Shown: in pieces, positions 10,343 to 22,031 of the stretch
Layout: every line of letters starts with the position of its first letter
How positions within the stretch are numbered: position 1 is the stretch's first letter
Source: Octopus bimaculoides
Lineage: Eukaryota
NCBI RefSeq assembly: GCF_001194135.2
Contig: NC_068982.1
Span: forward strand, 54,735,133-54,767,924
Direction of reading: 5' to 3'
DNA: 32,792 nt
Program-made: the position numbers and the translations under genes
Notes under the pieces: generated by a model
Seen by the model: only the letters and a program-made list of their open reading frames with translations
The model's database searches: none
Told to the model about the DNA's origin: nothing

Positions 10343-11247
10343 CATTTGTAAATCTCTCAGAGAGAGTTTTGCAGTAACAGCACGATAAAGTGATGGTTTG
10401 TTGCCAACTTAATGTGGCAGTCCCAGGAAAGTGAAGAATGTTACTGTTATTTAACCCCAAGAAACACCGTTTCTAGTTGGCTACGTGACACAAGCCTTCT
10501 GTGTCCTCAAGCTTATATATTTCTGCATTACGAATAATATCTAGTAGCGTACAAAATCGGCATTTCAACTGCATTATTTCTAAAAAGGACACTTCACTTA
10601 AAGAGTGATCTATAATCACGCCAAATGCATTTGTTTTTCTTTTTCTTTTTTGGGGTTTTTGCTTTTGTTTGTTTATTACTTTCACTTAAATTTCTTGAGG
10701 ACATGTTACTATGGTACTATATATCTTTAGTCTAGTCAGCCATTTTATCATGGGTAGAATTTTCGTTAAATGGGTTGGAAAAAAAATGTTGACATTCTTT
10801 GAAAACATATGCAGTACGTGTTGTTATTTATTATTTTTTTTTTTTACATACGTTTCTAGCGGCCTACAGGCAGCAAGATAAACATTGTCGTGCATTCAGA
10901 AAGAAGTCGTTAAGCTTTAAAGAAAATTTTCAAAAAAGAAAAATAACAATCTAAAATAGAAATTGTACAATCAAACTATTAATCAAGAAGAAGAAAGATA
11001 CATTGAATACAAATTGAAAAGTAGGAACTTTTTGAAGTAATGGAAGTTTTATGATAACAAGCGATTCTTTAAGAGTTAGTATAATTTTGAAACCATATTA
11101 CAACTCAGAATTCATAAGAATGTGTTGCGATTCTAAACAGACCGTTTAGTAAATAGTACAGATTACTTACCCAAGCAGAAATTTAATCACTGTAGAAATG
11201 ATCTATAAAATATTCAAATCGGTTGTTATGCAAATATTACTGATACA

Positions 11248-12500
11248 GGCGCAGGCGTGGCTGTGTGGTAAGATGTTCGGTTGTCAAACACATATTTCCG
11301 AGTTCAGTACCACTGCATTGCACCTTGAACTAGTGTATTCGATAATATCCTTGAGCTGACCAAGAACTTGAGAGTTGATTTGTTAGANNNNNNNNNNNNN
11401 NNNNNNNNNNNNNNNNNNNNNNNNNNNNNNNNNNNNNNNNNNNNNNNNNNNNNNNNNNNNNNNNNNNNNNNNNNNNNNNNNNNNNNNNNNNNNNNNNNNN
11501 NNNNNNNNNNNNNNNNNNNNNNNNNNNNNNNNNNNNNNNNNNNNNNNNNNNNNNNNNNNNNNNNNNNNNNNNNNNNNNNNNNNNNNNNNNNNNNNNNNNN
11601 NNNNNNNNNNNNNNNNNNNNNNNNNNNNNNNNNNNNNNNNNNNNNNNNNNNNNNNNNNNNNNNNNNNNNNNNNNNNNNNNNNNNNNNNNNNNNNNNNNNN
11701 NNNNNNNNNNNNNNNNNNNNNNNNNNNNNNNNNNNNNNNNNNNNNNNNNNNNNNNNNNNNNNNNNNNNNNNNNNNNNNNNNNNNNNNNNNNNNNNNNNNN
11801 NNNNNNNNNNNNNNNNNNNNNNNNNNNNNNNNNNNNNNNNNNNNNNNNNNNNNNNNNNNNNNNNNNNNNNNNNNNNNNNNNNNNNNNNNNNNNNNNNNNN
11901 NNNNNNNNNNNNNNNNNNNNNNNNNNNNNNNNNNNNNNNNNNNNNNNNNNNNNNNNNNNNNNNNNNNNNNNNNNNNNNNNNNNNNNNNNNNNNNNNNNNN
12001 NNNNNNNNNNNNNNNNNNNNNNNNNNNNNNNNNNNNNNNNNNNNNNNNNNNNNNNNNNNNNNNNNNNNNNNNNNNNNNNNNNNNNNNNNNNNNNNNNNNN
12101 NNNNNNNNNNNNNNNNNNNNNNNNNNNNNNNNNNNNNNNNNNNNNNNNNNNNNNNNNNNNNNNNNNNNNNNNNNNNNNNNNNNNNNNNNNNNNNNNNNNN
12201 NNNNNNNNNNNNNNNNNNNNNNNNNNNNNNNNNNNNNNNNNATATATATATATATATATATATATATAATGTGTTCGTGTGTGCGTGTTTGCTTGTTTGT
12301 ACATGTATTTGCTTGACAACTGACATTGGCGTTTACGTTCCCGTAACTTACCGGTTCACCAAAAGGGGCCGATAGATTATGTAGCAGGTTTTAAAGAAAA
12401 TAATAAGCACTCGGGTCGATTCGTTTAACTACAGTTTTTCAAGGTGTTGCCCCAGCATTATCGCAGACTAATGACTGAAACAAGTAAGAGATGAAAGATA
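11248..12500 (+). mobile_element. SINE family A, head and tail separated by an N-gap and (TA)n
   Basis: The head GGCGCAGGCGTGGCTGTGTGGTAAG at 11248 and the tail CTTGACAAC...GGGTCGATT...GACTGAAACAAGTAAGAG at 12311-12490 match the minus-strand copies at 5977-6248 and 14572-14957. That both halves belong to one element is inferred across the gap at 11388-12241. Confidence 0.65.
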
Positions 12501-13276
12501 AATTATTTTATCGAGCCCTGGAAGTAAAATTCCAATAGTTGATTTGAACTTTAAACCAAACTCACTTCACTGATTGGAAAACATTTTATTCATCACAGAC
12601 AATGACTGTCATAATATGTTGTATTCACATATGTATAAAACCTCACAAAAACTGAAAGACTCCTTTCTTTACCAACAGTAATCAAAACTTGTCCGCAGAA
12701 CATTTCTTGGCGTCTACTAACTACATAAGTAACATTTCAGCAAAGTGTTTATGTGACTGTATGGATAACAAATAATTACAGACTCAGCGTGCGGGAGGTT
12801 GAACAGAAAGGCGGGAATTATTATTTACTTCTGGCTAGAGGAAAAGTTATCAAGATCAGAGTCCGTAGATCACTGACAAATTCAGATCATGGAACCACAA
12901 AATGGTAATGACTGGCCAGTCGTAGCTAACGTATCGGAAGCCCTGCACACCACCGTCACGGCAATCATTGCAGGATATGTTTCAATGAGTCAGATAATTA
13001 CTATCCAAAAATCTTCGTTGAGCTATGAATGGCACACTCCATTTCATTTTCTCAAGACAACTATAATTCTCTCTATTCAGACACCAATGCAGCATCATCC
13101 GTTGTACGGGAAATTTTAAACCATCAAAGACAGGTTTCTACATCTTCCCGAAGACAATATTTTCTGAGACAAAGACAATATTTTCTGTCTTTCTCTCTGA
13201 GAGGAACCTTCTCAGATAATCCCGTCAGTGAACTGTCAAAATAAGATAATGATTATATCACTAGCCGTATTGAATC

Positions 13277-13712
13277 CAGCGCTGGAGTAACCATTAAGCA
13301 AAATTAGCACGTGCTTAGGGTATCAAGGGATGGAGGCACCACAGAAATGAAAACACTTTACGGCACGAAAGAAATCACTTCAAACTTGCTAAAATAATAT
13401 TCATATTGCCTTGTCTCATCTAAGTATAGAAGCAGAAGTTTTACGTAAACTTAATTTTAACAATATCATCGAAGACTTTGCAATTAAAACAAGAAAGGAA
13501 AACGAAGGAGAAAACTTTTCAAATATAAATAATGGGGAAGCATACAAGAATACACATTATTTTCCATTTTACTGTTAATTTTGTTACATTTTGAAAAATT
13601 GAAATCTATTTTATGGTTTATTATTATTTACATTCTGAACTATTTACGTATACTTGAAGGCATCAAAACCTTTTAAGTACCTAGGGCTTCTATGGGCCTT
13701 AATTCGGCTCTG
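13277..13712 (+). mobile_element. Internally deleted hAT transposon with a transposase C-terminal remnant
   Basis: Degenerate TIRs CAGCGCTGGAGTAA and TTAATTCGGCTCTG, with 8-bp flanks ATTGAATC (13269-13276) and ATTTAATC (13713-13720) matching at 7/8. The internal frame at ~13405-13500 reads ALSHLSIEAEVLRKLNFNNIIEDFAIKTRK, like the hAT dimerisation-domain tail. Confidence 0.75.
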
Positions 13713-13959
13713 ATTTAATCCACAGTACACATGCTTCAATTGAGTTGATTCGGACATATAGTACACAAATTTGATTCTGATCACGCCCCACAACATCTTC
13801 TTTGTCCTGCTACATTATGGTCATTGTCTGCTTAAGAGGGCCAAAAAAGTACTTGAAAGACTTGAATGACATCAGCCTATCATGATTGCAAGATATTGTT
13901 TTAATGGTCTGGAATATTGAAGTGGATTACGGTATAGAGATGGGAGTAGGGGGGGGGAA

Positions 13960-14075
13960 GTCCGCCTCGGGCGGCACTTTTGGGTCTTCTGTAGGCAATA
14001 TGTGTTTTTTGTGGAGTCCGGGGGCAGCAAGCGGAAGGGCCGCCCCGGATGGCACACACTCTAGCTACGCTAGTG
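13960..14075. mobile_element. Probable hAT-type MITE terminus
   Basis: GC-rich CCGCC(T/C)CGG subterminal motifs end in CTAGCTACGCTAGTG, whose reverse complement resembles the CAGTGGCGTAGCTAG-type hAT TIR. The partner end was not found. Confidence 0.4.
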
Positions 14076-14571
14076 GCATGAAGGGAAATCTTACAATCAG
14101 CAGAAACGAAAACAAGAGTCTTACACATAGAGTTAGATGTACGTCTCTAACTAAATATTTTTTATGACTTGTCTGCGATTGGACACTGATAAAGTGTCGG
14201 AATGTAGTCTTGAAATGAAACACAAAAGTAGAAGCTGATTGTTAGACGAAGCTGATGTGGACGACAATTAATAATCGACGGCATCAAAAATAACTATGTG
14301 GTTAAATTGTTCCTTTGTTTCGAAGGACATAGATCCGCTTTCAATATCTCTGCATAATACACTGGATAAGTGTTTTACCATTGACTTTGTTTGACCAATG
14401 CAAGACCTCGGATAGACGGAAACTCAAAGTGAAAGTTATATAACGCATGATACTTATAGTTCAAATAACAAGTTGTCGTAAATTATGTGACACTTAGTTT
14501 CGCCAGCCAAGTACGTATTTCAGATGATTGATTGAACTAAAAAAAAGTACACGTCGTCAGTACTGACAGAT

Positions 14572-14957
14572 TTATCTTTTTATCTTTTATCTTTTACTTG
14601 ATTCAATCATTGGACTGATGTCATGCTGGGGCACGGCCTTAAAGGGTTTTAGTCGAATGAATCGATTCAACCTCAGTAGTTATTTTTAAAGCCTAGTACT
14701 TATTCTATCGGTCTCTGATGCCTAAATGCTAAGTTTCAGGGACGGAAACAAACTAAGACCAGTTGTCAAATAATGGGAAGGATGAACACATACACAAAGA
14801 CACCCCTCCCCACATACATATATACCTATGCATGTAACGCATGTATCTATGTATCTGTGCGTGTATACATGACAGGCTTCTTTCAGTTTCTAACTAATCC
14901 ACTCACAAGGCTTTGCACCACTTAGGACTTTAGTAGAAAATACTTGCTCACGCCGCC
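14572..14957 (-). mobile_element. SINE family A, degraded
   Basis: On the plus strand, (TCTTTTA)n is followed by CATGCTGGGGCACGGCC...TACTTATTCTATCGGTCTC...CAGTTGTCAA and then GGCTTCTTTCAGTTTC...CCACTCACAAGGC. Confidence 0.75.
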
Positions 14958-15129
14958 AGTCCATATACTTTATCTACTTCCAATATTTACTTCCTGTTTG
15001 TGTATTGTGAGATGTTTCGAAATTTGTTGAACATTAACGTTGCAAATCTCTGAGAAATGCTAGCAAAATGAACACAACGCAAGAAAAACATTATCACCAT
15101 CATCAGTATTATCATCACAAAGAACTAAG

Positions 15130-15230
15130 ATGAACAACAACGACGACGGGACGACTACAATAACAACAACAGCAACAGTAGCAACAGCAGCAGCAACAAC
15201 AGCAGCACCAGTACCAGCACCAGCACTACC

Positions 15231-15271
<41 letters not shown>

Positions 15272-15422
15272 CCTGTAGATTTGTGTCAGCAACATATGGT
15301 CAGAACATGGTGGGAACATTTTCTTTCCTTTCTTTTATTTATCTACTCATTATTTTTGTTTTCAGAAATTATATAAGGCCAGTCATTCATGCATGAAAGT
15401 TATATGAAGACATTAATTTTAA

Positions 15423-15489
<67 letters not shown>

Positions 15490-15490
15490 G
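15130..15490. repeat. Compound trinucleotide microsatellites (AAC/CAG/GTA)n and (TTA)n
   Basis: Seen directly. The poly-V and poly-L ORFs here are artefacts. Confidence 0.9.
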
Positions 15491-15689
15491 TTCAGTAGTT
15501 TTATTTTTATAACGTGCTTTCACTTCACTACCGAGCGCAGCTCTGTGCGCCTTGGGTATGTGCTGTGGTTTGCTGTGGTGCTCTTATGTTTACTGTATTG
15601 AAAGTGTTTTGCGTAGAATGTGTGCAGTACCCAGTAGTGCAATTTTCTGTATGTTATATATATTTGTAAGTCCTGGTGTTTTTGTTATG

Positions 15690-15692
<3 letters not shown>
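15491..15692 (-). mobile_element. 3' terminal fragment of an RLE-type (R4/Dong-like) LINE in a (TAA)n tract
   Basis: Minus strand reads YITKTPGLTNIYNIQKIALLGTAHILRKTLSIQ*, homologous to LQKTALLGT at ~24433-24460. A short 3' UTR with a GCGCA/TGCGC hairpin follows, and (TAA)n flanks both sides on the sense strand. Confidence 0.8.
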
Positions 15693-15773
<81 letters not shown>

Positions 15774-15921
15774 GTAACCGCAACAATAGTATAAACATTA
15801 ATAACGACAATGATGATGACGACGAGGTTACCTACGGCTGGTGGTGATGATAATAATAAGATAGCTGCGATGACGACGACGATGACGACGATGTTGAGAG
15901 TGATGATGATGATGATTTAGA

Positions 15922-15981
<60 letters not shown>

Positions 15982-16002
15982 TAATAATAATAATGACAAT
16001 AC

Positions 16003-16040
<38 letters not shown>
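15693..16040. repeat. (TTA)n, (TAA)n and (GAT/GAC)n compound microsatellite
   Basis: Seen directly. Confidence 0.95.
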
Positions 16041-16109
16041 CCTCACACATCTAAATGTTTGTGCAGGTGTGCTTTAATTTGTATTGGAGTTTCGCCTTTT
16101 TTCGTTCTC

Positions 16110-16141
<32 letters not shown>

Positions 16142-16551
16142 TTCATAGGGTCCTGTATCTTGTGGTATTTGACAGTAGAGTTATTTCTATGATTGCTTGG
16201 TAGAGGAATGTATGTTGTTGTCTTTCCTTGCTGTTGTTTTTGTTTTTGTTTTTCCTTGGGTGGTGGGGACGGGTTTCAATGTATTGGTCTCACTATTATT
16301 TCATTTCTTTTCTTTATTCTCTTCTTAAAATAAAATTATTTTTGAATAAATAAAAGAACACGAGAGAAGAAAAGGAAAATAAATACACTTCCTTCACCCT
16401 CACACTCCCAATTCCCCTAATAAGAATAATAAAGAGAAAAAAAAATTAGGTACGTCAAATTTTTCTCTGAGAATAAAAGATACAAAAATTAAGGGAAAGA
16501 GAAAAAAACAAAATTTTAGAAAGCAAGATGGTTGCTATTTATTTCTAACTA

Positions 16552-16720
16552 TACGAAGAGCTGCTGAAAAGTTCCTGGCTTTGAAGGTTTCGAGAAAGGC
16601 CTGGTTGGAGGCCCAAGTATGTGAATCTGAAAAGGGAACATGTTGAATAAAATTATAATTAATTGATCCTGCTGTATTTTCTTTTACCTAAAGCCAGGAA
16701 CTTTTCAGCAGGCATTCTTT
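16552..16720 (+). mobile_element. Mariner-derived MITE
   Basis: Perfect 22-bp TIR core CTGCTGAAAAGTTCCTGGCTTT (16561-16582) and AAAGCCAGGAACTTTTCAGCAG (16690-16711), with a TA at the left flank. The interior retains a mariner-like transposase tail (K.VNLK.EHVE*). Confidence 0.85.
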
Positions 16721-16891
16721 ATATATTTATATATATATGCACACACTAGCTGAATGACCCAGCGTTGCCAAGGTTACTGCTGTTCTTATTCGGATTAGTA
16801 AACAATAAATATAAAGATATATTCACATAATTATTTCAAAGTATTTGTTTTATTTAAAAAATATCCAAATTGTAATGATAATAGAATTTAG

Positions 16892-17508
16892 GGATCTAGT
16901 TCAAAACGGGGGCACCAGTTTTCATTTATGTTTTATGTAGTGTTTTTGGTACCGAAAGACTTTCAAACTTCGTATACTTATCTATTTTGTGTTATAGAAC
17001 AGAAAAAATTTTTTGTATTCGAATTAATTTCATGTAAAAAATTGTCTTATTTCGATAATTTCAACCAATCACTGACAAGTATTCAGCTGTTTACAGTTAC
17101 TCCTTTGGCAGTTTAAGCGGTGTAAAGCGTATTTAATCTCCATTACTTCTGACATTTTGCAGAGNNNNNNNNNNNNNNNNNNNNNNNNNNNNNNNNNNNN
17201 NNNNNNNNNNNNNNNNNNNNNNNNNNNNNNNNNNNNNNNNNNNNNNNNNNNNNTTTATCACCGCCAGAATCGTTTGAGAATCGTTTGTTTACGTAGTCAG
17301 CACTTAATGTATTCGGCTGAATGGACGTCAGTCATTGGTTGAAATTACAGAAATACGACAACTTTAACATGAAATAAATTGCAATATAATAATTTTTCTT
17401 AAGAAGACTAAGAGAAAAAGATGTTTTATATGACACATTCTACCAGTGTCCCAAGTTTCAAAGTGTTTCGTTAAGAAAATACTGGTGCCCCCGTTTTGAA
17501 CTAGATCC
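16892..17508. mobile_element. 617-bp MITE with perfect 28-bp GG-starting TIRs and a perfect 8-bp TSD (Merlin-like), nested in the Helitron
   Basis: GGATCTAGTTCAAAACGGGGGCACCAGT (16892-16919) and its exact reverse complement (17481-17508). The TSD GAATTTAG is at 16884-16891 and 17509-17516. The element contains the N-gap at 17165-17253. Confidence 0.85.
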
Positions 17509-17554
17509 GAATTTAGAACTGAAAAATCTGTCGATGTTGAAGTACCTCGGGTTA

Positions 17555-18205
17555 AACAATATTCATTGCGTAATTTTTTCGTTGGTGTCGAAATGAATAA
17601 ACTGTTGCCACTTGCAACTCGCGAGCAAGCAACATAGATAAAGTGCAACTACCTTTAGGGATTGTCCCTAAGATTTATTAATTGAAATACCAAAACTTAG
17701 TTTGACTGGAAAATGAAGCAATTTAAATTCAAATGGAACATCTGTAGGTATGAGAGGAATTTTTGGAATAAAGACATTTTCTCCATTGTGACTACCTGTT
17801 ATGACTGTTGCCTGTAGGACATAAGGCTTCTTGGAAGTAACAATTAATTCCATTACACAGGTGAGATGGGTGGAGATTCCTAAGCAACATAATGGGAGCA
17901 AATAGCTTTTGTGTCAAGTTATGCGATGGCATCCCAGTGGGTTTAAGTGTGTTCAGAAATTCAACAGGGTATTGAACAATCTGATCTTGATCTACTGTTG
18001 TCAGTTGATCGAAAAGTCATTTCTGATGTATCTGTTAAAGTTTAAAGAAGTTCATAATTGAGTTTATCAACCATTTCATTAGTTGGCGCTAGTAAAACTG
18101 TTTCACATAGCCAGTTTACATCAGTGTAATTGACAGATAAATTAGGAAATATTTTATCTTCAAACTGGAATAACATTTCTGTAATTATATTGAAAGAGCC
18201 TCTAA
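17555..18205 (-). pseudogene. Helitron Pif1-family (SF1B) helicase C-terminal pseudogene
   Basis: Frameshifted motifs in canonical order: KIFPNL..NY....WL.E.VLLAPTN..V; YPVEFLNTLKPTGMPSHNL; PIMLLRNLHPSHLCNG; VFIPKIPLIPTDVPFEFK..HFPVKLSFGISINKS; YVACSRV. Confidence 0.9.
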
Positions 18206-19122
18206 GGCTTTCTAGTTCGCCAAATTTCCGAATATTTTTATAATAACCAGATAACATTTTCCGATATATTTGAGAGTATTGTGAGTGTTGCTTATAAAAA
18301 CCAGAATAATATTTCAGCTCGGAAAGGAAAATCCAAAGTCGTACCTTAAAGTGAACGCCGTTTTTCGTTAAACGTCCAGGCCGCAACTAAACTAAACTCT
18401 TTCAAAATCGGGGCATTTCACTGTTGGACAGTACAGTCACATACACGTACTAAGACAGATAAACACAGACATACATTCACGCACACCTCAGGCCTATCTC
18501 TCTCCCTCTGCGTGTTTGTCTCTATCTTTAGATGTGTGTTTGTCTGTGTATAATGTATGTATACTGACACACACATGCATCGTCAGACACGTATACTTCT
18601 CAGTCATCAGCCTAACTTACGTAACGAAGGCGCAAACACACAGACACTGTCAGACACAAACTCACATAAAAAATGTGACGTCATAGTCGTCGTCGTCGTA
18701 TAAAATGTCGTTTATGATAGCTCACGTAGAGAAAGACTATAATATTAATTTTTTCTGATACAAATATGTAAACGAAAATAAAGTTTATTTGGTAGCAGAA
18801 AGATTACGGAATCTTTTGATACCTCATACGTCAAAATCGGCAACTCAGTTTTCGAATCCATAAGGAACATTCGCACACACACACACACACACACAAACAC
18901 AAACTCTCTTATATATANNNNNNNNNNNNNNNNNNNNNNNNNNNNNNNNNNNNNNNNNNNNNNNNNNNNNNNNNNNNNNNNNNNNNNNNNNNNNNNNNNN
19001 NNNNNNNNNNNNNNNNNNNNNNNNNNNNNNNNNNNNNNNNNNNNNNNNNNNNNNNNNNNNNNNNNNNNNNNNNNNNNNNNNNNNNNNNNNNNNNNNNNNN
19101 NNNNNNNNNNNNNNNNNNNNNG

Positions 19123-19233
19123 CAATAAGTGTGTGAATCTGAGAAGGGAATATGTTGAATAAAATTGTTATTAACTGCTCCTTCTCTATTTTCTTTTACT
19201 CAAAGCCAGGAACGTTTCAGCACCCGACTCGTA
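19123..19233 (+). mobile_element. Right half of a second mariner-derived MITE (same family as 16552-16720)
   Basis: AAGTGTGTGAATCTGAGAAGGGAATATGTTGAATAA...AAAGCCAGGAACGTTTCAGCACCCGACTCGTA. The left half is lost in the gap at 18918-19121. Confidence 0.8.
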
Positions 19234-19656
19234 TAGTCTAACTACTACTACACCATTTTCACCCCTGCCAAAAACATTTCCGCTGCCAAAAAAAAAACAA
19301 AAAAAAAACGACACAAACGTTTCTATCACTCTTATTGAGAACGCTATCGTGGCTTCAACCTTTACTACCACTACTTCAACGACAACAATAACAACAACAT
19401 AAACAACAACAACACCATAACAGCAACAACATAAACGAAAGACAATAATAAGAAGTAGTAGGCAAAATAGTAAATGCTTCTTATGAAGGTTTAATCAAAT
19501 ACTGTGCACCTGTGATCTTAAAAAAAGAAATAGTTGACATGGGAAATATCTCCTACATTTTCAAATGCTGTTTCATGCCTTAAATCTGCTTAGCTATTTG
19601 CGTATTTACGTTTATAATTATTTATTGGTTTGTTTGTCCTAATTAGTATTTTATTC

Positions 19657-19695
<39 letters not shown>

Positions 19696-19696
19696 C

Positions 19697-19745
<49 letters not shown>

Positions 19746-20205
19746 ACTATGGTTTTTTTTTTTCATTTTCTGCTTGAATCAATAAAAAATAATGAAAAAA
19801 AAACGGAAATTAGAGGTTAACACTTTTGCGTTTGCAGAAGTATGTGTGTGTATGTATGTATGTATGTATGTATGTTTGTATGTATGTATGTGTGTGTACG
19901 CGCGTGTGTGTGTGAATGTGTGTGCGCGCGTGTGTAATATATATGTGTATAATATATATATATAGAGAGAGAAAGATGAATAGATATGTATGTGTGCGTG
20001 TGTGTGTGTGCATATCCATATTATATATATGTATTCGTAATATACATATACGTGTATATATATATGTATATACTTCGACTAAAACGAGTGTATGCATGTA
20101 TGTATGTATGTACTCACGTACTTACATATGTATGTATGCATGTATGTATATATGTATGTATGTTTTATGTGTCTGTATGTATGTATGTATGTATGTATGT
20201 ATATT
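19657..20205. repeat. (GTA)n and (TATG/TG/TA)n microsatellites
   Basis: Seen directly. The ORFs at 19810-20304 are artefacts. Confidence 0.9.
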
Positions 20206-20504
20206 GTAATTAAATTCCTACATATTCCGTACAAAATAATGATTTGTAACACGAGTACGAACACTAAATCATCTCAATTGAACGGAAAACTTATCCAGGC
20301 ATAACTAATCCAAAATATGTTCGTAAGTAATAAGATAGAGAATAGCGTAAAGCTTCAATTGGCATTACAGATAAGATTGAAATGGGGAAATACCGCATTC
20401 AAAGTGTATGACAAAAACATTCATAATACAATATTCAATCTTATAGCAACTTGGATTACGGCTAAACCTAACCAAACGGCGACCTTTACTCCCGTACATG
20501 TGTG

Positions 20505-20625
20505 TGTGTTTCTTTCAGTCATTCGACTTAGGTCATGCTGTTTATATTTTCTTTAAGCCTGGTACTTATTTTAACGAAGTGACGAGGACGTAACCAAAGC
20601 AACATTGGTTGTCAAGCGAGGGGCA
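20505..20625 (-). mobile_element. SINE family A 3' tail fragment
   Basis: TTTCAGTCATTCGAC...CATGCTG...AAGCCTGGTACTTATT...GGACGTAACCAAAGCAACATTGGTTGTCAAGCG matches the tails at 12311-12490 and 14590-14770. Confidence 0.6.
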
Positions 20626-20659
20626 ACACGAAGACAAATACATAGGTATACACATATGC

Positions 20660-21175
20660 ACCGGGTGCAGTGAATATATTGTTGTCTAAATTAGACAAAA
20701 ATGAAAATAACACTGCCATCTCATTTTAACAGATATATTTTTACCAAAATTACATTAAGATATCTTGAAATGCTAGAGAGTAAATTTATTCAATAAAATT
20801 GCCATTGGCTTCAACCACGACCTCCAGATGACGTCGGAATCTCCTGCAACTCTTCTGGACGGTCTCCTTGTTTAAGCTGGTGAATGCTGCCATAATCCTT
20901 GCGTTCAGTTTATATTTGGTGTTACAAGGAGTTCTGTTGGTCTCTCGCTCAATTGCGCCCCACATAATAATTAAGGGGATTGCAGTCTGAGGAGTCAGGT
21001 GGCCAGATGTTAGGGGTGATGTGGTCGCAGAAATTGTTAGACAGCCATTACTGGATTCTCCAGCTTGTGTTGCATGGTGCAGAGTTCTGTTGCCAAACAC
21101 AGTCTTTCAGTAGCCACCCTCTTGACCCAGGGCAGCACTACCTCCTCCAGGCACTTGATGTAGCCCTCCTCAAAA
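20660..21175 (-). pseudogene. 5'-truncated Tc1/mariner transposon (DD37D/maT-like) with transposase C-terminus
   Basis: Minus-strand frames read YIKCLEEVVLPWV...WQQNSAPC.TS..IQ*WL..NF......IWPPDSSDCNPLNYY, then after a frameshift WGAIERETNRTPCNTK...CRRFRRHLEVVVEANGNFIE*. A terminus-like CCGGGTGCAG lies at ~20661. Confidence 0.85.
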
Positions 21176-21324
21176 TGAATATATTGGGGGCGGGGAGTTA
21201 TATATGTCCATATATGTATTTATGTATGTACGTTAATACAATATGCAATTACCGTACTTTGGCAAACATGCTTTTGCATAAACACATATAGACTTATTGG
21301 CACACCATAAAATCGAGAGTAGAG

Positions 21325-21790
21325 GACAATATATATATATATGAATACATATATATATTCATGTATGTACACATTTGTATTTGCATATATGTGTGCATGA
21401 GCGTGTATTCGTTTGTATGTGTGTCTGTCTGAGTGTGTGTGTGTGCGTGCGTGCGTGTGTGAACTTCATATTCAAGGTTAGTGTGAAGAAAAAATATATA
21501 AATTGTTACCACGTGTAGAAGAATAACAGACAACTCTACAGGATGCTGTGAGACATACACTTGTATAGATGTATAATTAGGTTTATGCATATACCACTAT
21601 GAGTCCTGATATGCATACATAAATACATACACATATACATACATACATACATACATACATACAGAGACAGACAAACAGACAGACTGACAGATAGACATGT
21701 ATATTATATATACATACACGCGCGCGCGCGCGCACATACACACACGCGCATGCACACACGCACACGCATATAGACATATATGTCGCTGTG
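21325..21790. repeat. TA/TG/TACA/CG low-complexity tracts
   Basis: Seen directly. Confidence 0.85.
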
Positions 21791-22031
21791 CCTTTACATT
21801 ACTATATATGCGTATGTGCCTGTGACACTCATTGTTTTCACAAATCATCAGAACCTCATATTAACGTCTAGCTTCCATAACCGTGATTATAATGATATAT
21901 TTTGCCCACTTGTTTTTATTAAAGCAAGTGGGCTCCTCTCTGATCTATGAAAACTACAATCTTACTAGAAGCACAATTTCGTGATTTTCTTTCAGACACT
22001 ATATATTTATCAGTGTTTTGTCGACAATGTA

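Larger units (their letters stand above)
16746..18917 (-). mobile_element. Non-autonomous Helitron carrying a decayed Pif1 helicase segment
   Basis: The 3' end on the minus strand is ...CCTTGGCAACGCTGGG-TCATTCAG-CTAG|T, an imperfect GC hairpin plus CTAG at 16746-16749. A 5'-type region TATATATAAG-(GT)n...CCGATTTT lies at 18830-18917 against the gap, and Pif1 motifs lie inside. Linking both ends into one element is inference. Confidence 0.7.

Noticed and set aside
8611-12375. Long ORFs of 83-340 aa
   Set aside because: They consist of dinucleotide repeats (IYIY, HTHT, SLSL) and N-gaps translated as X.
13151-13187. 16-bp direct repeat AAGACAATATTTTCTG with a 5-nt spacer
   Set aside because: Most simply a slippage duplication; nothing supports a transposon footprint.
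12889-13244. Two overlapping 71-76 aa ORFs with a possible upstream acceptor
   Set aside because: No recognisable domain, and the frames are mutually incompatible.
14250-14285. CTGATGTGGACGA...TCGACGG, hammerhead-like
   Set aside because: The core is mutated (CTGATGT) and GAAA is absent.
15130-16050. Poly-L, poly-I, poly-V and poly-S ORFs
   Set aside because: These are translations of trinucleotide microsatellites.
21904-21933. 13-bp hairpin GCCCACTTG...CAAGTGGGC
   Set aside because: It is not followed by CTAG, so it is not a Helitron end, and intrinsic terminators are not relevant in this eukaryotic context.
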